IMG/VR virus record: IMGVR_UViG_3300027365_000012
From: an uncultured virus (IMG/VR IMGVR_UViG_3300027365_000012)
Taxonomy: Duplodnaviria; Heunggongvirae; Uroviricota; Caudoviricetes
Direction: 5' to 3' (one strand)
DNA length: 64,000 nt
Shown in pieces: positions 28,632-38,732 of this stretch; position 1 is the stretch's first letter, and every line of letters begins with the position of its first letter. The position numbers and the translations under genes were made by a program. A model generated the notes under the pieces. The model saw only the letters and a list, made by a program, of their open reading frames with translations. It was not told the DNA's origin and searched no databases.

Positions 28632-28906
28632 TCAAGCAAATCGCAAGCCGCTTGAGGGATATCAGGGGGCCTGGACTGGCCAAAGACCACCTTCGGCTAA
28701 CCGAGGCCCTTGAGAGGGTTCACGCCCTCGAGCAGGAGCTGGCTCAGGCCCGATCCAACCTCAAGCTGGCGTCCGCAGCGCAGGGCGCGCTGCATCGCCG
28801 CTCCGAGGCGCTGAAGAAGGACTGGCCTGACCTGTGGAAGCGGTACTTCACTCGCCAAGGCGAGGCAGATCGCGTCCTGCAGGCTCACAAGAAGAGGGCG
28901 TGGTAA
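28628..28906 (+). CDS. hypothetical coiled-coil protein
   Basis: AGGAGG RBS, ATGA coupling. Confidence 0.6.
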   Translation: MIKQIASRLRDIRGPGLAKDHLRLTEALERVHALEQELAQARSNLKLASAAQGALHRRSEALKKDWPDLWKRYFTRQGEADRVLQAHKKRAW

Positions 28907-29613
28907 TGCTGGTCTTCGCCCACGACTATGAAACCACCGGGGTGAACACAGCCAAGTGCGGGGTCGTGCAAGCGGCCCTGTGCTTCGCCACGCTTCACGA
29001 GGACGGTCGCTACAGCATCCTGGAAAAGGATGTGCAGCTGCTCCACCCGGGCGAGCCTATCCCAGCCGGCGCCAGTGGGGTGCACGGCATCTACGACCAC
29101 CACGTCGAAGATAAACCGCACTGGGAAAGCTACCTGGCTGAACAGTTCGAGCTGGTCAACGACACCGCCATCCAGGCTGTGCTCGGCTACAACAGCGCCG
29201 CTTTCGACGACAAGCTGGCCCGTCGCTGCGGCCTTGCCGAGTTCCCGTCGATCGACCTGATGGTGGCCACCCGCCGCTTCAAGAACGCAGGTCTCTTACC
29301 GAAGGCCAACCTTGGCACTGCCTACGAGGTGCTCACCGGCCGGAAGGCTGAGAATGCCCACGACGCCTTCGCCGACATCGTGATGACGCTGGATCTGATC
29401 CAGCCATCGATCGAGAAAGCCAACTGCAGCTCGCTCAGCGAGTTCATCGCGTGGATGCGCGAGCCGTGGGCGACGACGTCGATGGAGATGCCCTACGGCA
29501 AGCACAAGGGCGTGAAGCTGTGCAACCTGCCTAAGTCCTACGTCCGCTGGGCGCTGGAGAACATGGACAACCTGAGTCCGGATCTGCAGCTGGGCCTGGA
29601 GATGGTTCGATGA
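28906..29613 (+). CDS. DEDDh 3'-5' exonuclease (ExoX/DnaQ-like)
   Basis: DYETTG, YNSAAFD, AHDAFAD; C-terminal MPYGKHKG. Confidence 0.85.
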   Translation: MLVFAHDYETTGVNTAKCGVVQAALCFATLHEDGRYSILEKDVQLLHPGEPIPAGASGVHGIYDHHVEDKPHWESYLAEQFELVNDTAIQAVLGYNSAAFDDKLARRCGLAEFPSIDLMVATRRFKNAGLLPKANLGTAYEVLTGRKAENAHDAFADIVMTLDLIQPSIEKANCSSLSEFIAWMREPWATTSMEMPYGKHKGVKLCNLPKSYVRWALENMDNLSPDLQLGLEMVR

Positions 29614-30149
29614 ACGGGCCCAAGAAGCTGATCGGCCTTGTAGGACGCGCCAGAGTAGGCAAGGACACTGCAGCTACGTTTCTGGAGGATCGCCACCTCC
29701 TTGAGCAGTTCGCGTTTGCCAACCCGCTGAAGGACATGCTGACCAGTGTATTCGGTGACCTGTTCTACGACGGCGACCGAGAGAAGCCTATCGAGTGGCT
29801 CGGAAAGAGCCCTAGGCAACTGATGCAGACGATCGGCACAGAGTGGGGTAGGCAGTGTGTTCACCCGGACCTGTGGGTGCTCCTAGCCCACCAGGAGTGG
29901 CTCACCTGCCAGCGCGGGCTCTCCAACGGAATGGTCATCAGCGACGTCCGCTTCGACAACGAGGCGCGGTGGATCAAGGAACAGGGCGGTACCCTGATCG
30001 AGATTCGGCGGCAGCACACCGAGACAGTTGAAGCGCACGTCAGCGAAGCCGGAATTACTGTCTCGGCCGACCACGTCATCCACAACGACGGCACGTTGGA
30101 CGACCTCTACGACGCTCTCGACGAGGTGATGAATTGTCTACCGACATAG
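29610..30149 (+). CDS. deoxynucleoside monophosphate kinase
   Basis: GRARVGKDT, SPRQLMQTIGTEWGR, SDVRFDNE, HVSE. Confidence 0.9.
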   Translation: MNGPKKLIGLVGRARVGKDTAATFLEDRHLLEQFAFANPLKDMLTSVFGDLFYDGDREKPIEWLGKSPRQLMQTIGTEWGRQCVHPDLWVLLAHQEWLTCQRGLSNGMVISDVRFDNEARWIKEQGGTLIEIRRQHTETVEAHVSEAGITVSADHVIHNDGTLDDLYDALDEVMNCLPT

Positions 30150-30652
30150 GCAAGATCTTCGAGAAGGAGATCCAGAAGGTGTTCCGCGCCCTGCGCGAGA
30201 GCCACCTTCTGGGTTGGCATCGCCTGGCCGACACCGGTTCCGCCGGCGGATCCATCGTCGCTGCTCAGCCGAGTGACTACCTGCTGGCCTTGCCGGCGGG
30301 CGCCCGCTCACCGCTGGCCGGGCAGCGGCTGTTCTTCTGCGAGGTGAAGGCCAGCGAGAAGAACTCGACGCTGACCAAGCAGGCGATGCAGCCGGCCCAG
30401 CGCGGCGCCATCTCGTTCTACCGAGAGCTGCTCAAGCTCCCCTACCTGGTCCTGTTCTACGACGCGGAGCGCGGCGTGATTCAGGTCTGGGACGGCGCCG
30501 CAGTGGTGCAGGAGGAGCGGATCAGCAAGGGCTACCTGCTGGCCTCCATCGAGAATGCAGGCCACGGCATAAAGCTGAACGCGGACGTCGTCAGTCGAGG
30601 GCTGGTGGACTACTTCGCACTGCCCACGATGGCTGCTACTCTTGCAGGCTAA
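30134..30652 (+). CDS. PD-(D/E)XK nuclease, RecU-like Holliday junction resolvase
   Basis: GKIFEKEI...PSDY...EVK. Confidence 0.65.
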   Translation: MSTDIGKIFEKEIQKVFRALRESHLLGWHRLADTGSAGGSIVAAQPSDYLLALPAGARSPLAGQRLFFCEVKASEKNSTLTKQAMQPAQRGAISFYRELLKLPYLVLFYDAERGVIQVWDGAAVVQEERISKGYLLASIENAGHGIKLNADVVSRGLVDYFALPTMAATLAG

Positions 30653-30698
30653 CCTGTATTGCTGTAAATACAGCAACCCGTAACAACGGAAGCACAAC

Positions 30699-31820
30699 AT
30701 GAAAGTATTGAAGGAAGTCACGCTCTTCAAGAACCACGGCGGAAAGACCGGGGACTGGAAGATTCAGGCGGTTGTCGCTGAAACACGGGAGCTGAACCCG
30801 CCAGCCCATCTCGTCATCTCGCACACCAAGGTCATCGGCGGAGCAGCCGTGACCAAGGAAGTGCCGGTGGAAGGCAAGAACATCGGCCGTGCCAACCAAA
30901 CCACCCCTGCGCAGCAGGCGGTGATGGAGCTGGACAGCCGCGTCAACAAGCAGCTCGACAAGGGCTACGTCCGCACACTCGAGGAAGCGAGCGCGCCGGC
31001 CACCAACGCATTGGGCCTGGAAAAGCCGATGCTGGCCCACCCGATCGACAAGGTGAAACCGGAAGCCATCGACTGGGACAACGCTTTCGCTCAACCAAAG
31101 GTCGACGGGCACCGTTGCCTAGCAAACGGCATTCTTTACAGCAGAAACGGCAAGGAAATCCTTCTGCCGCACATCCGGGACTTCCTCGGAGACTGTGGGC
31201 TGCTGGACAAGAGATTGGACGGAGAACTGTACGTCCACGGGATGATGTTGCAGGACATCGGCAGCCTGGTGAAGAAGCCTCGTGAAGAGTCCTTGCAGCT
31301 GCAGTACCACGTCTACGACATCATGCGGCCAGCCCCCTACGCCGAACGCCGGAGTGAGTTGGACGAGCTTCTCGGCAAGGTTGCTGTTGGCGACTCCCCT
31401 ATCCGATTGCTGACTACCGAACGGGTTCGGGATCGCTCCGCCCTCAACGACCTCCACGCCAGTTGGCTCGCCACAGGTTACGAAGGCTCCATCCTCCGCC
31501 ACGGCCTGGCCCCTTACGAGACCGACAAGCGCTCGAGCAGCCTGCTCAAACTCAAGGACATGGAAGATTCTGAAGCCATCGTCATCGCGGTGGAGCGCGG
31601 CACGCCCAACGGCGAGTTCGAGGTGCCGGTCTGGACCTTGCAGATGCCCTGCGGACGGACGTTCAAGGCCACTGCCCACGGCAATGCGCAGCAGAAGCAC
31701 GCCCAGTGGGAGATGCGCCACACCTACATGGGTCGCCCACTGACCTACCAGCACTTCGGCCACAGCAAGGACGGTATCCCGCTGCTGCCGGTGGCCCTGC
31801 GCTGGAGGGAAGACGTATGA
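30699..31820 (+). CDS. ATP-dependent DNA ligase
   Basis: KPMLA, QPKVDGHR (KxDG), LDGELY, YEGSILR, LLKLK. Confidence 0.92.
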   Translation: MKVLKEVTLFKNHGGKTGDWKIQAVVAETRELNPPAHLVISHTKVIGGAAVTKEVPVEGKNIGRANQTTPAQQAVMELDSRVNKQLDKGYVRTLEEASAPATNALGLEKPMLAHPIDKVKPEAIDWDNAFAQPKVDGHRCLANGILYSRNGKEILLPHIRDFLGDCGLLDKRLDGELYVHGMMLQDIGSLVKKPREESLQLQYHVYDIMRPAPYAERRSELDELLGKVAVGDSPIRLLTTERVRDRSALNDLHASWLATGYEGSILRHGLAPYETDKRSSSLLKLKDMEDSEAIVIAVERGTPNGEFEVPVWTLQMPCGRTFKATAHGNAQQKHAQWEMRHTYMGRPLTYQHFGHSKDGIPLLPVALRWREDV

Positions 31821-31966
31821 GCCCGAGCATGAAACGAGGCCTGCGCAGCCTTGCTGACGGAATTGGCTCAGCAGTCGGAAAGGCAGTGTTGGTGACCTCA
31901 GTCGGCCTCCTATTCGGCTACGGCGCCACCCTCGGATTCATCTTGGCGCTTCGGGTAGTGCTGTGA
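31817..31966 (+). CDS. small membrane protein
   Basis: Hydrophobic C-terminus, coupled ORF. Confidence 0.5.
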   Translation: MSPSMKRGLRSLADGIGSAVGKAVLVTSVGLLFGYGATLGFILALRVVL

Positions 31967-32057
31967 CCCGCCGCGCCCTCCGCCACTTCGCCGTCACCCT
32001 CCTCGCCGCGCAAGCGGCGGGGTGGGCTCTTAGTGCCGTAATTACAGGAAGCCTGTT

Positions 32058-33092
32058 ATGACGACGTATACGCTCTTCACTGATCCGCACCTGGGAACCA
32101 GGCGCGCGGCCCACACAACCAGAGACTCCTCGAAAAAGCTGACCCTCGCCTTGTTCAAACAGGCATGGGACATCATCGAGGACGCTGAAAACCCGGTATG
32201 CCTCGGGGACTTGTTCGACCGCAGCCAGAATTCAGAGGACGTCCTCGTTCAGGGCTACGAGATCGCCAGCAATTGCCGCTGGGTGCTGGCGGGGAACCAT
32301 GATTGCGCAAATAGAGAGGGGGTGGTCACTTCATTGGACGCGCTCCAGGAAATGGGCTGCCCTGTCATCTCGTCCCCTAGCCTGTCGGCGCCATACTTCT
32401 TTGCGGACGGCCCCATGTATTTCGTCCCGCACCACGCGAGCCAACAGTTGTTCGAGCAGGCGATGCTGGACGCGGCAGAGCATGCGGCCCGCGAGCGCGC
32501 CGGGCGAGCCAGCGTCCTGATGCTGCACTGCAACTACGACCAGCCCTTCGCCACCGAGGACGACACCCTCAACCTGTCGCCGGCGGTAGCCAACCTGATG
32601 TTGGAGTCGTTCGACTACATCTTCCTCGGCCACGAGCACAAGCCGTCCACCCACTTCGACGGCCGCGTGGTGATCCTCGGAAACTCCCACGTCACTTCCT
32701 ACGCTGACATCTCCGACAAGTTCTCCTACCAGTTGGAGATCACCGACGACAGCATTGATCTCGCCAAAACCCGCATCTGGTCCAAGGACGAGCGCTTCGC
32801 GTCAGTCATGTTCGGGCAGGAGCTGCCGGACCTGAGTGGCGTGCAGTTCATCGACGTGATCGGCGCTGCAGACGAGGCCGTCGCTGTCGCCGATTTCATG
32901 CAGCAGGTGTGGGAGAACGCCCCGGACGCATTGGCAGTTCGCAACAGCGTCTCGGTTGCCGGCGTGAACGTGGTCGACGACGAGGCGGAGAAGCCGGTTG
33001 TCGAGGATCTGCGCACCCGCATCAGCCGCGAGCTGGACGGCACTGACCTGGCTGACCTGTTCAGCGAGCTGGCGAAGGAGGTGGCGGTATGA
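32058..33092 (+). CDS. SbcD/Mre11-like metallophosphoesterase nuclease
   Basis: DPHLG, GDLFD, GNHD, GHEH. Confidence 0.85.
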   Translation: MTTYTLFTDPHLGTRRAAHTTRDSSKKLTLALFKQAWDIIEDAENPVCLGDLFDRSQNSEDVLVQGYEIASNCRWVLAGNHDCANREGVVTSLDALQEMGCPVISSPSLSAPYFFADGPMYFVPHHASQQLFEQAMLDAAEHAARERAGRASVLMLHCNYDQPFATEDDTLNLSPAVANLMLESFDYIFLGHEHKPSTHFDGRVVILGNSHVTSYADISDKFSYQLEITDDSIDLAKTRIWSKDERFASVMFGQELPDLSGVQFIDVIGAADEAVAVADFMQQVWENAPDALAVRNSVSVAGVNVVDDEAEKPVVEDLRTRISRELDGTDLADLFSELAKEVAV

Positions 33093-33421
33093 GTCATCAG
33101 TTTGAGATAGGAACCAAGGTCCTGATCACCACCGACTATTTCTTCTTCGCGCCTGACGGAAGGCAATACCGAGCTGCCTACGGCACAGTCCACGGCGTCC
33201 ACAGCGATGAGAAGACACTGGGCATTCGAACCAACGCACGCTCGACCAATTGGTACGTGCAGGTCGGTGATCTGGTTATTGCCGGCTGCCAGGTCCACTA
33301 CGCGGTTCGCACCGACAAGTGCCACCTCGGCTCAGCGATGGACTGGAAGGAGGAGAACGGCGAGGTCATTGAGTTCCGCCGCCCTGCGTGTATCTACGAC
33401 GCCGACGGAGGTCAGCCATGA
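33089..33421 (+). CDS. hypothetical phage protein
   Basis: AGGAGG RBS. Confidence 0.65.
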   Translation: MSHQFEIGTKVLITTDYFFFAPDGRQYRAAYGTVHGVHSDEKTLGIRTNARSTNWYVQVGDLVIAGCQVHYAVRTDKCHLGSAMDWKEENGEVIEFRRPACIYDADGGQP

Positions 33422-33563
33422 AACCAGCTCCACGCCCTTCCAGTGGCCTCGGCCCGCGCCTCGAGCAGCTGCTCCGCACTGAAGCTAGGTACGCCCCTCG
33501 CCTCTGCCTCAAGACCCTGCGTCTCCGGCTCTCCATTCGCCAAGCGATCAAGGAACTCACCGT

Positions 33564-33839
33564 ATGAAACTCGAAATCATCCGCGGCCCGGCGATGTCCG
33601 GGAAGACAACAAAACTGCGCAAGATCCTGCGGAACGCAGGCGACAAGGGCGCATCGATCATGGCTGGGATTTGGAGCCCCGGCAGTCTCGCACGCTCGGT
33701 TGAGCGCATCGCCGGCGGCTCGCTGGTCACCACCATCACCATCGACGACTGCAGCGAACCGCAGCTGAAAGCGCTGGAGAAGATCTGCCGCGAGAGCCGC
33801 TGGCCGGGCGTGACGATCTATGCGGTGGAGGCGGCGTAA
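33564..33839 (+). CDS. small protein with a Walker-A-like motif
   Basis: GPAMSGKT...TIDD. Confidence 0.55.
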   Translation: MKLEIIRGPAMSGKTTKLRKILRNAGDKGASIMAGIWSPGSLARSVERIAGGSLVTTITIDDCSEPQLKALEKICRESRWPGVTIYAVEAA

Positions 33840-33865
33840 GCCTCAGCCAACACAAGGAATTCACG

Positions 33866-36070
33866 ATGAAACTGATCAAGCTCGTTACCACCAACTTCAA
33901 GCGCCTGGGCACCTTCACCGCCAACTTCACCGACGGCCTGAACGTGATCTGCGGCGAGAACGCCCGCGGCAAGTCGACCCTGATCCAGGCAATCGAGGCC
34001 GCACTGTTCGGCGTGACCGTCGTACCTGGTAAGAAAGAGCACATCCCGACCTGGGGTCAGACGACGTTCGGGTTGGAGCTGCATTTCGAGGTCGACAACG
34101 CCCGATACATCCTGACCCGCAGCAAGTCGACGGCCAAGTTGGTCGAGCGTGCCAGCGGCGGGGATGCCCTCGTTGCCAACGGCAACACCCCGGTGACCGC
34201 CTACGTCGAAGAGCTGCTCGGCCTCACCGCCAAGGACTTCGCGCTGTTCCTGAACTCGAAGCAGCATCAGACCGCAGGACTTCTGAGCTTCGGCACGACC
34301 GCGCTGAACCAGAAGGTCGAAGAGTTCGCCGGCATCGCACTGATCGACAGCATCATGACCCGCGCCCGGGCCATGGCTACCGCGGAGAAAGCTGCAGCCG
34401 ACGCTTGCAGCGTGTCAGACGAGGAGCTGGCCGTTGCTCGCGCAGCACTTGACGCTGCCACCACCTGCTCCGAGGAAGCAGTCGTCGACCGGCAGAAGGC
34501 CGAGACCGACCTCGACAACTTCCCTCCGCTGGCCGCTACGCCGCCTGCTGTGAGCTCTTCTGCCCTTCAGGCGACCCAACGTATTGCCCAGCGTGCGGAA
34601 AGCGCCCTGCGCGAAGCTGAGGCCGCTCTGGAGCATAAGAGAGAGGCCGTCGTCACGGCTGAGCAGGCGCTGGCAGAATGCGGTGAGCTGGTGGACATCG
34701 ACAGCGTCGTCGCAGCCTCCGCCGAGAAAGGCGCCGTGCTTCGCCAGAAGCGTGCCCGTCTGGCTGACGTGAAGGAACAGCTGGCCAGCGCAATCCGCGC
34801 AGAGGCTGAGCATGAGCAGGCTCAGACGGAGCTGGCGGCGATTGAGCCGGTGCCTGCCGAGGAGTTTGAGCACGCCGAGAAAACCCACGCCCACTACGCC
34901 GGCGAGGCCGCTCTCCACCGCGAGCTGATCGCCGTCGACAAATCCAAGCTGGCCGCGCTGCGCAAGCTCGAGAAGGACGCCACCTGCCCAACCTGCGGCA
35001 CAGCGCTGGCCGAGCATGACCCTGAGCAGCTGGCCGAGGAAATCGCCGCGCTCGAGAAGCAGATCTCCGACCTCGGCGTGGCGCTGTCGCTGGCCACCGC
35101 CGGCGAGGCCGAAGGGACCAAGCAGCTGGCCACCATGCGAAAGCGCATCGATCAGCGCGCTGCCAAGCAGGCCGAGGTTGAGAAGTGGGCCGCCAAGCTG
35201 GTCGACGCCAGTGTGGTCAATGACCTGCGCGGCGAGGCGAGCAGCCTGGAGTCGGTGATCGAAGAACTGCAGGGCGAGGTTGCCGGCCTCAAAGCCAAGG
35301 CTGACGCCGGCGCAGAGGCAAACGAGCGGCGCGCTGCGGCGGAACGCCGGCTGAACCAGGCCCACAAGAACGTCGCACGCGCTGAGGACGCCGTGGTTGA
35401 AGCGCGCCAGGCACTGGTGATCGACGCCCCGACTGATGAACAGATCGCTGCAGCTCGCGCGGCTGAGGACGCCTATACCCAGGCCAAGGCTGAATGGGAC
35501 CGCAGCTACCAGGCGGCGCAGCACGCTGTGGATATGGCGGTGCGTGACGATGCCGTCGCAGCCAAGGCCCTAGCTGACGCCCAGCACCGCGTCGAGGTGC
35601 TGGAAAGCACTCTGCAGAAGGTGAAGGGCCATGAGATCGCCGCAGACCGCGCTGGCCGGCTGGCCCGCTTCCTGGCTGATCGCCGGGTCCAGTACCTGCG
35701 AGACGTATGGGAAACCGTCATGGCCGTGGCTTCACGGCAGGTCAAGGCAGCGACCCGCGGCGAGATCACCCGCATCACCAACGAAGACGGCGACTTCTGC
35801 TACGAGGAGGGCGGCGTGGTTGCACCGGTCGCCTGTGCTTCCGGCGCGCAGAAGGCGTTCATCGGCTCAGCTGTTCGTATCGGCCTGGCCCGGGCGTTGT
35901 ATGGCTCGGACAGCCTGCTGATCTTCGACGAGCCCACTGAATCCATGAGCGAGCACAACGCGACGGGACTGGCCGCGTCGCTGGCGGGAAGCGCCAAGCA
36001 GCTGTTGCTCATCACCCACCGCGAACAGGATCAAGCCCTGGCCGCGAACATCATTGAAGTTGGAGTTTGA
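33866..36070 (+). CDS. SbcC/Rad50-like ATPase
   Basis: GENARGKST, coiled coils, CPTCG zinc hook, ASGAQ, IFDEP, ITH. Confidence 0.9.
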   Translation: MKLIKLVTTNFKRLGTFTANFTDGLNVICGENARGKSTLIQAIEAALFGVTVVPGKKEHIPTWGQTTFGLELHFEVDNARYILTRSKSTAKLVERASGGDALVANGNTPVTAYVEELLGLTAKDFALFLNSKQHQTAGLLSFGTTALNQKVEEFAGIALIDSIMTRARAMATAEKAAADACSVSDEELAVARAALDAATTCSEEAVVDRQKAETDLDNFPPLAATPPAVSSSALQATQRIAQRAESALREAEAALEHKREAVVTAEQALAECGELVDIDSVVAASAEKGAVLRQKRARLADVKEQLASAIRAEAEHEQAQTELAAIEPVPAEEFEHAEKTHAHYAGEAALHRELIAVDKSKLAALRKLEKDATCPTCGTALAEHDPEQLAEEIAALEKQISDLGVALSLATAGEAEGTKQLATMRKRIDQRAAKQAEVEKWAAKLVDASVVNDLRGEASSLESVIEELQGEVAGLKAKADAGAEANERRAAAERRLNQAHKNVARAEDAVVEARQALVIDAPTDEQIAAARAAEDAYTQAKAEWDRSYQAAQHAVDMAVRDDAVAAKALADAQHRVEVLESTLQKVKGHEIAADRAGRLARFLADRRVQYLRDVWETVMAVASRQVKAATRGEITRITNEDGDFCYEEGGVVAPVACASGAQKAFIGSAVRIGLARALYGSDSLLIFDEPTESMSEHNATGLAASLAGSAKQLLLITHREQDQALAANIIEVGV

Positions 36071-36072
36071 CG

Positions 36073-36519
36073 ATGGACAACATCACCATGAAGGTCAAGA
36101 AACTGGACCCGCAGGCCATGCTGCCACGATACGGCACAGAGCATGCCGCCTGCTTTGACCTGCATGCCCTGCTGTCGGAGGGCGGACTGCTGCTTCAGCC
36201 AGGCCATACCGCGTTGATCCGCACCGGCCTTTCCTTCGAAATCCCTGTTTGCTGGACGATGGAGATTTACTCCCGCAGCGGTCACGGCTTCAAGAACGGT
36301 GTCAGGCTGGCCAACTGCGTCGGGATCATCGACGCTGACTACCGCGGTGAAGTGATGGTCAAGCTGGTCAACGAAGGTACCGAGCCTCTGCCGATCCTGC
36401 ACGGAGACCGCATCGCCCAGGCTAAATTGTCGCAGGTGCCAATGGTCGAGTTCTTCGAGGTCGAGGAGTTGAGCACTACGGTGCGCGGCGAAGGTGGCCT
36501 CGGGAGCACCGGTCGGTGA
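36073..36519 (+). CDS. dut: trimeric dUTPase
   Basis: AACFDL, SRSG, GIIDADYRGE, RIAQ, RGEGGLGSTG. Confidence 0.95.
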   Translation: MDNITMKVKKLDPQAMLPRYGTEHAACFDLHALLSEGGLLLQPGHTALIRTGLSFEIPVCWTMEIYSRSGHGFKNGVRLANCVGIIDADYRGEVMVKLVNEGTEPLPILHGDRIAQAKLSQVPMVEFFEVEELSTTVRGEGGLGSTGR

Positions 36520-36722
36520 TCTGCGAAAGCTGCCGCGGCGGGGTTCATCTGAACCCCGCCGACCACCTCGCCCCGGTCAACTGCCCGTTGGTCATCGAGG
36601 TCAATGGCGAGCTCGTCCGCGCGGAACGCACGGGGTTCGTCGAGCAGCGTGACAGGCAGATGGAGTACCAGTTGGTAGACGGATCTCGAATCCTCGGCCG
36701 ATACCGGTGGACCTACCCCTAG
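36516..36722 (+). CDS. hypothetical phage protein
   Basis: GTGA coupling; ends convergent with the lysis genes. Confidence 0.55.
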   Translation: MICESCRGGVHLNPADHLAPVNCPLVIEVNGELVRAERTGFVEQRDRQMEYQLVDGSRILGRYRWTYP

Positions 36723-37054
36723 TCCCCTTCCTTCGGTGGTTGACCCGCCTTCAACAACATCGGGATGGTGTTCTTCGCCACGGAGAGCACCACCTCGAAC
36801 CCCTTCAAACCGGTGGCGCCGATCAGCAGGACCACCGCGTCTCTATTCGCCCAGTCTGGCGAGACAATCCCCCCAAACAGCATCCCCAAGTAGAACCCCA
36901 CCACGGTTGTGGAGAGCAGGGTCAGCAGCGCCACAGGCTGCCCTCCCTTCCTCGCCACCTGCCACAAACAGCCGACCAGGGCTGCAAACGCCCCGAGCGT
37001 GCCGAAGTAGAGGTAATCCTTGGCCTTATCGAACCACTCAGGCGGAATCTTCAA
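36719..37054 (-). CDS. putative holin (3 TM)
   Basis: TTG start after AAGGA; three hydrophobic segments, charged C-tail. Confidence 0.6.
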   Translation of the reverse strand: MKIPPEWFDKAKDYLYFGTLGAFAALVGCLWQVARKGGQPVALLTLLSTTVVGFYLGMLFGGIVSPDWANRDAVVLLIGATGLKGFEVVLSVAKNTIPMLLKAGQPPKEGD

Positions 37055-37065
37055 TGGGTGGTTCC

Positions 37066-37380
37066 TTACTCGCAGGCGTCTTTGGTGATCAGGTCCAGGA
37101 CGAGCCAGTAGGCTGCGCAATTGCTGAGCACGAACATCTGGAAAACTCGAAGCGAAAGGAACGTTTTGCCGTACACCTCGAGCGCGTACGCATTGGCTGC
37201 CATGAAGGTCAGCGTGCACACGGTCAGCAGCAGCAGGACAGCTGCCAGGCGGGTCTCCCTGCACCGGTCTTCCATAGCCCTGACCCGTCTCCAGGCCGAG
37301 TAGAGTTTGAACAGCAGCGCGCCATACAAGAGGAACGGCACGGCGTTCACCAGCAGGTTTGACCACTGCTCAGCGCTCAT
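37066..37380 (-). CDS. membrane protein (holin/antiholin-like)
   Basis: About three hydrophobic segments within the lysis cassette. Confidence 0.55.
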   Translation of the reverse strand: MSAEQWSNLLVNAVPFLLYGALLFKLYSAWRRVRAMEDRCRETRLAAVLLLLTVCTLTFMAANAYALEVYGKTFLSLRVFQMFVLSNCAAYWLVLDLITKDACE

Positions 37381-37838
37381 GCCGGGTACTCCTTGCGGTC
37401 CAGTTCGAAGTGCGGGCCGTCAATGAACGCATCCCGCCCGACTACCTTGCGAGACTGCACGTAGTCGGCGACTGCCTTCTTCGTGTCGTGCAGCAGGTTG
37501 AGCCGCTTGTCCCATACGCCGCCCCATACGATCGGGATGCCGAGCTCTACAGCTGCGTCCCGCATCGCTTCGGCGAGGGTGTAGTAGTGTTCCCAGTCCC
37601 AGGAGACTTGGCCACCGACATAGGCGCCGAGGTCGACGGCGTGGCCAGTGATGTGCCGACCATCCAAGGTCTTCGACTTGCCTTGGGCGACCAGCTGCTT
37701 CTGCCTGGTCGCGCTCCGCAGGCCCTCCAGGACAGTGAAATCGATCTTCGATCTGCGGATGGCCAGGCGGACCACTTTCTGCAGGTCTGGGTGGACCTCG
37801 GACAGCCGCTGTTCGCTGCGGCTACTCAGGTTGAACAT
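37377..37838 (-). CDS. endolysin, M15 L-Ala-D-Glu peptidase
   Basis: EGLRS..RQ..L...G.S, HITGHAVD, WGGVW, DGPHFEL. Confidence 0.9.
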   Translation of the reverse strand: MFNLSSRSEQRLSEVHPDLQKVVRLAIRRSKIDFTVLEGLRSATRQKQLVAQGKSKTLDGRHITGHAVDLGAYVGGQVSWDWEHYYTLAEAMRDAAVELGIPIVWGGVWDKRLNLLHDTKKAVADYVQSRKVVGRDAFIDGPHFELDRKEYPA

Positions 37839-38136
37839 TCGGCGTCTCTTCGGTTGGGGTTATGGCCCACGCCCGCCATCCGTTGTCACGCTCAACGAGC
37901 ATGCGCAGGATGACTTTCAGGTCAGCCAGGCCTTGTTCGGACAAAGCGGCCTTCGCGGCGGGGTCTGATGGGTGGATGAAACGAGGAAGTGATTCAGGGG
38001 CGTAGGGTGAGATCAGCCAGGTCGGTGCAGCCCGCTCTACCTGGACTGGGACCAGGACCTCGACGGGCCGGTCAACGTACTCGGTGGTCGTGCACCCTGA
38101 GAGAATCAGTGCGAGGAGAACAGCGACTCTAGCCAC
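37822..38136 (-). CDS. o-spanin lipoprotein
   Basis: Lipobox ILSGC, Pro-rich. Confidence 0.75.
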   Translation of the reverse strand: MARVAVLLALILSGCTTTEYVDRPVEVLVPVQVERAAPTWLISPYAPESLPRFIHPSDPAAKAALSEQGLADLKVILRMLVERDNGWRAWAITPTEETPNVQPE

Positions 38137-38447
38137 TTGTTCATCTCCTCCGGTGCGGTGCCTGCGGCACGGTCCTGTTGGATCTTGCGCGGAATTGCCT
38201 GCTGGACCGTAGCGGCTCTTGCGGCGGCTGCGGTTGCAGATGCCTCTGCGCTAATGCGGAGCAAGCTGACCGCTTCGTTCTGGCGGCTGATGCTGTTGCG
38301 CAGGTTGCTGTTTGCCGTCACAAGTTTGGTGTTTGCGGCTAAGGCCTGATCCCGCTCCCGCTCGGCATCGCCCTTCTGCATCCAGAAGTTCCAGCACAGA
38401 AGCGCGCAGATCGCTGCGAGTGCGTAAGGTTTCCAGTCGAAAGACAT
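38106..38447 (-). CDS. i-spanin
   Basis: N-terminal TM followed by Ala-rich coiled coil, overlaps the o-spanin. Confidence 0.75.
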   Translation of the reverse strand: MSFDWKPYALAAICALLCWNFWMQKGDAERERDQALAANTKLVTANSNLRNSISRQNEAVSLLRISAEASATAAAARAATVQQAIPRKIQQDRAAGTAPEEMNKWLESLFSSH

Positions 38448-38509
38448 GATAGGTACCGGCCTGAGTTGGATGAATCCTAACCTCAGGCCGTATTTATGGG
38501 AACCCTTAT

Positions 38510-38659
38510 TTACAGGTCTTCAGGTAAATGCTCGCGCGCCAGTTCGCCCAGGTACGCCAGCTGGCAGTGCCGCAGCTCGCCCAGGCGGTCGCGCCAGAAC
38601 AGCGCATTGATCAGGCCTACCAGACGAGTGAAGTGCCGCTGTTTCTGTCCAAGTGTCAT
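38510..38659 (-). pseudogene. chimeric 49-aa remnant (M15-endolysin-like N-terminus fused to C-terminus of a tail-linked small protein)
   Basis: MTLGQKQRHFTRLVGL|INALFWRDRLGELRHCQLAYLGELAREHLPEDL. Confidence 0.55.
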
Positions 38660-38732
38660 TGGATAACCCCCCTTGTTGATGAACGAGAGGATTATCCAAT
38701 GTTGGCTGGAGTTACACTAATTTGATTCATTC

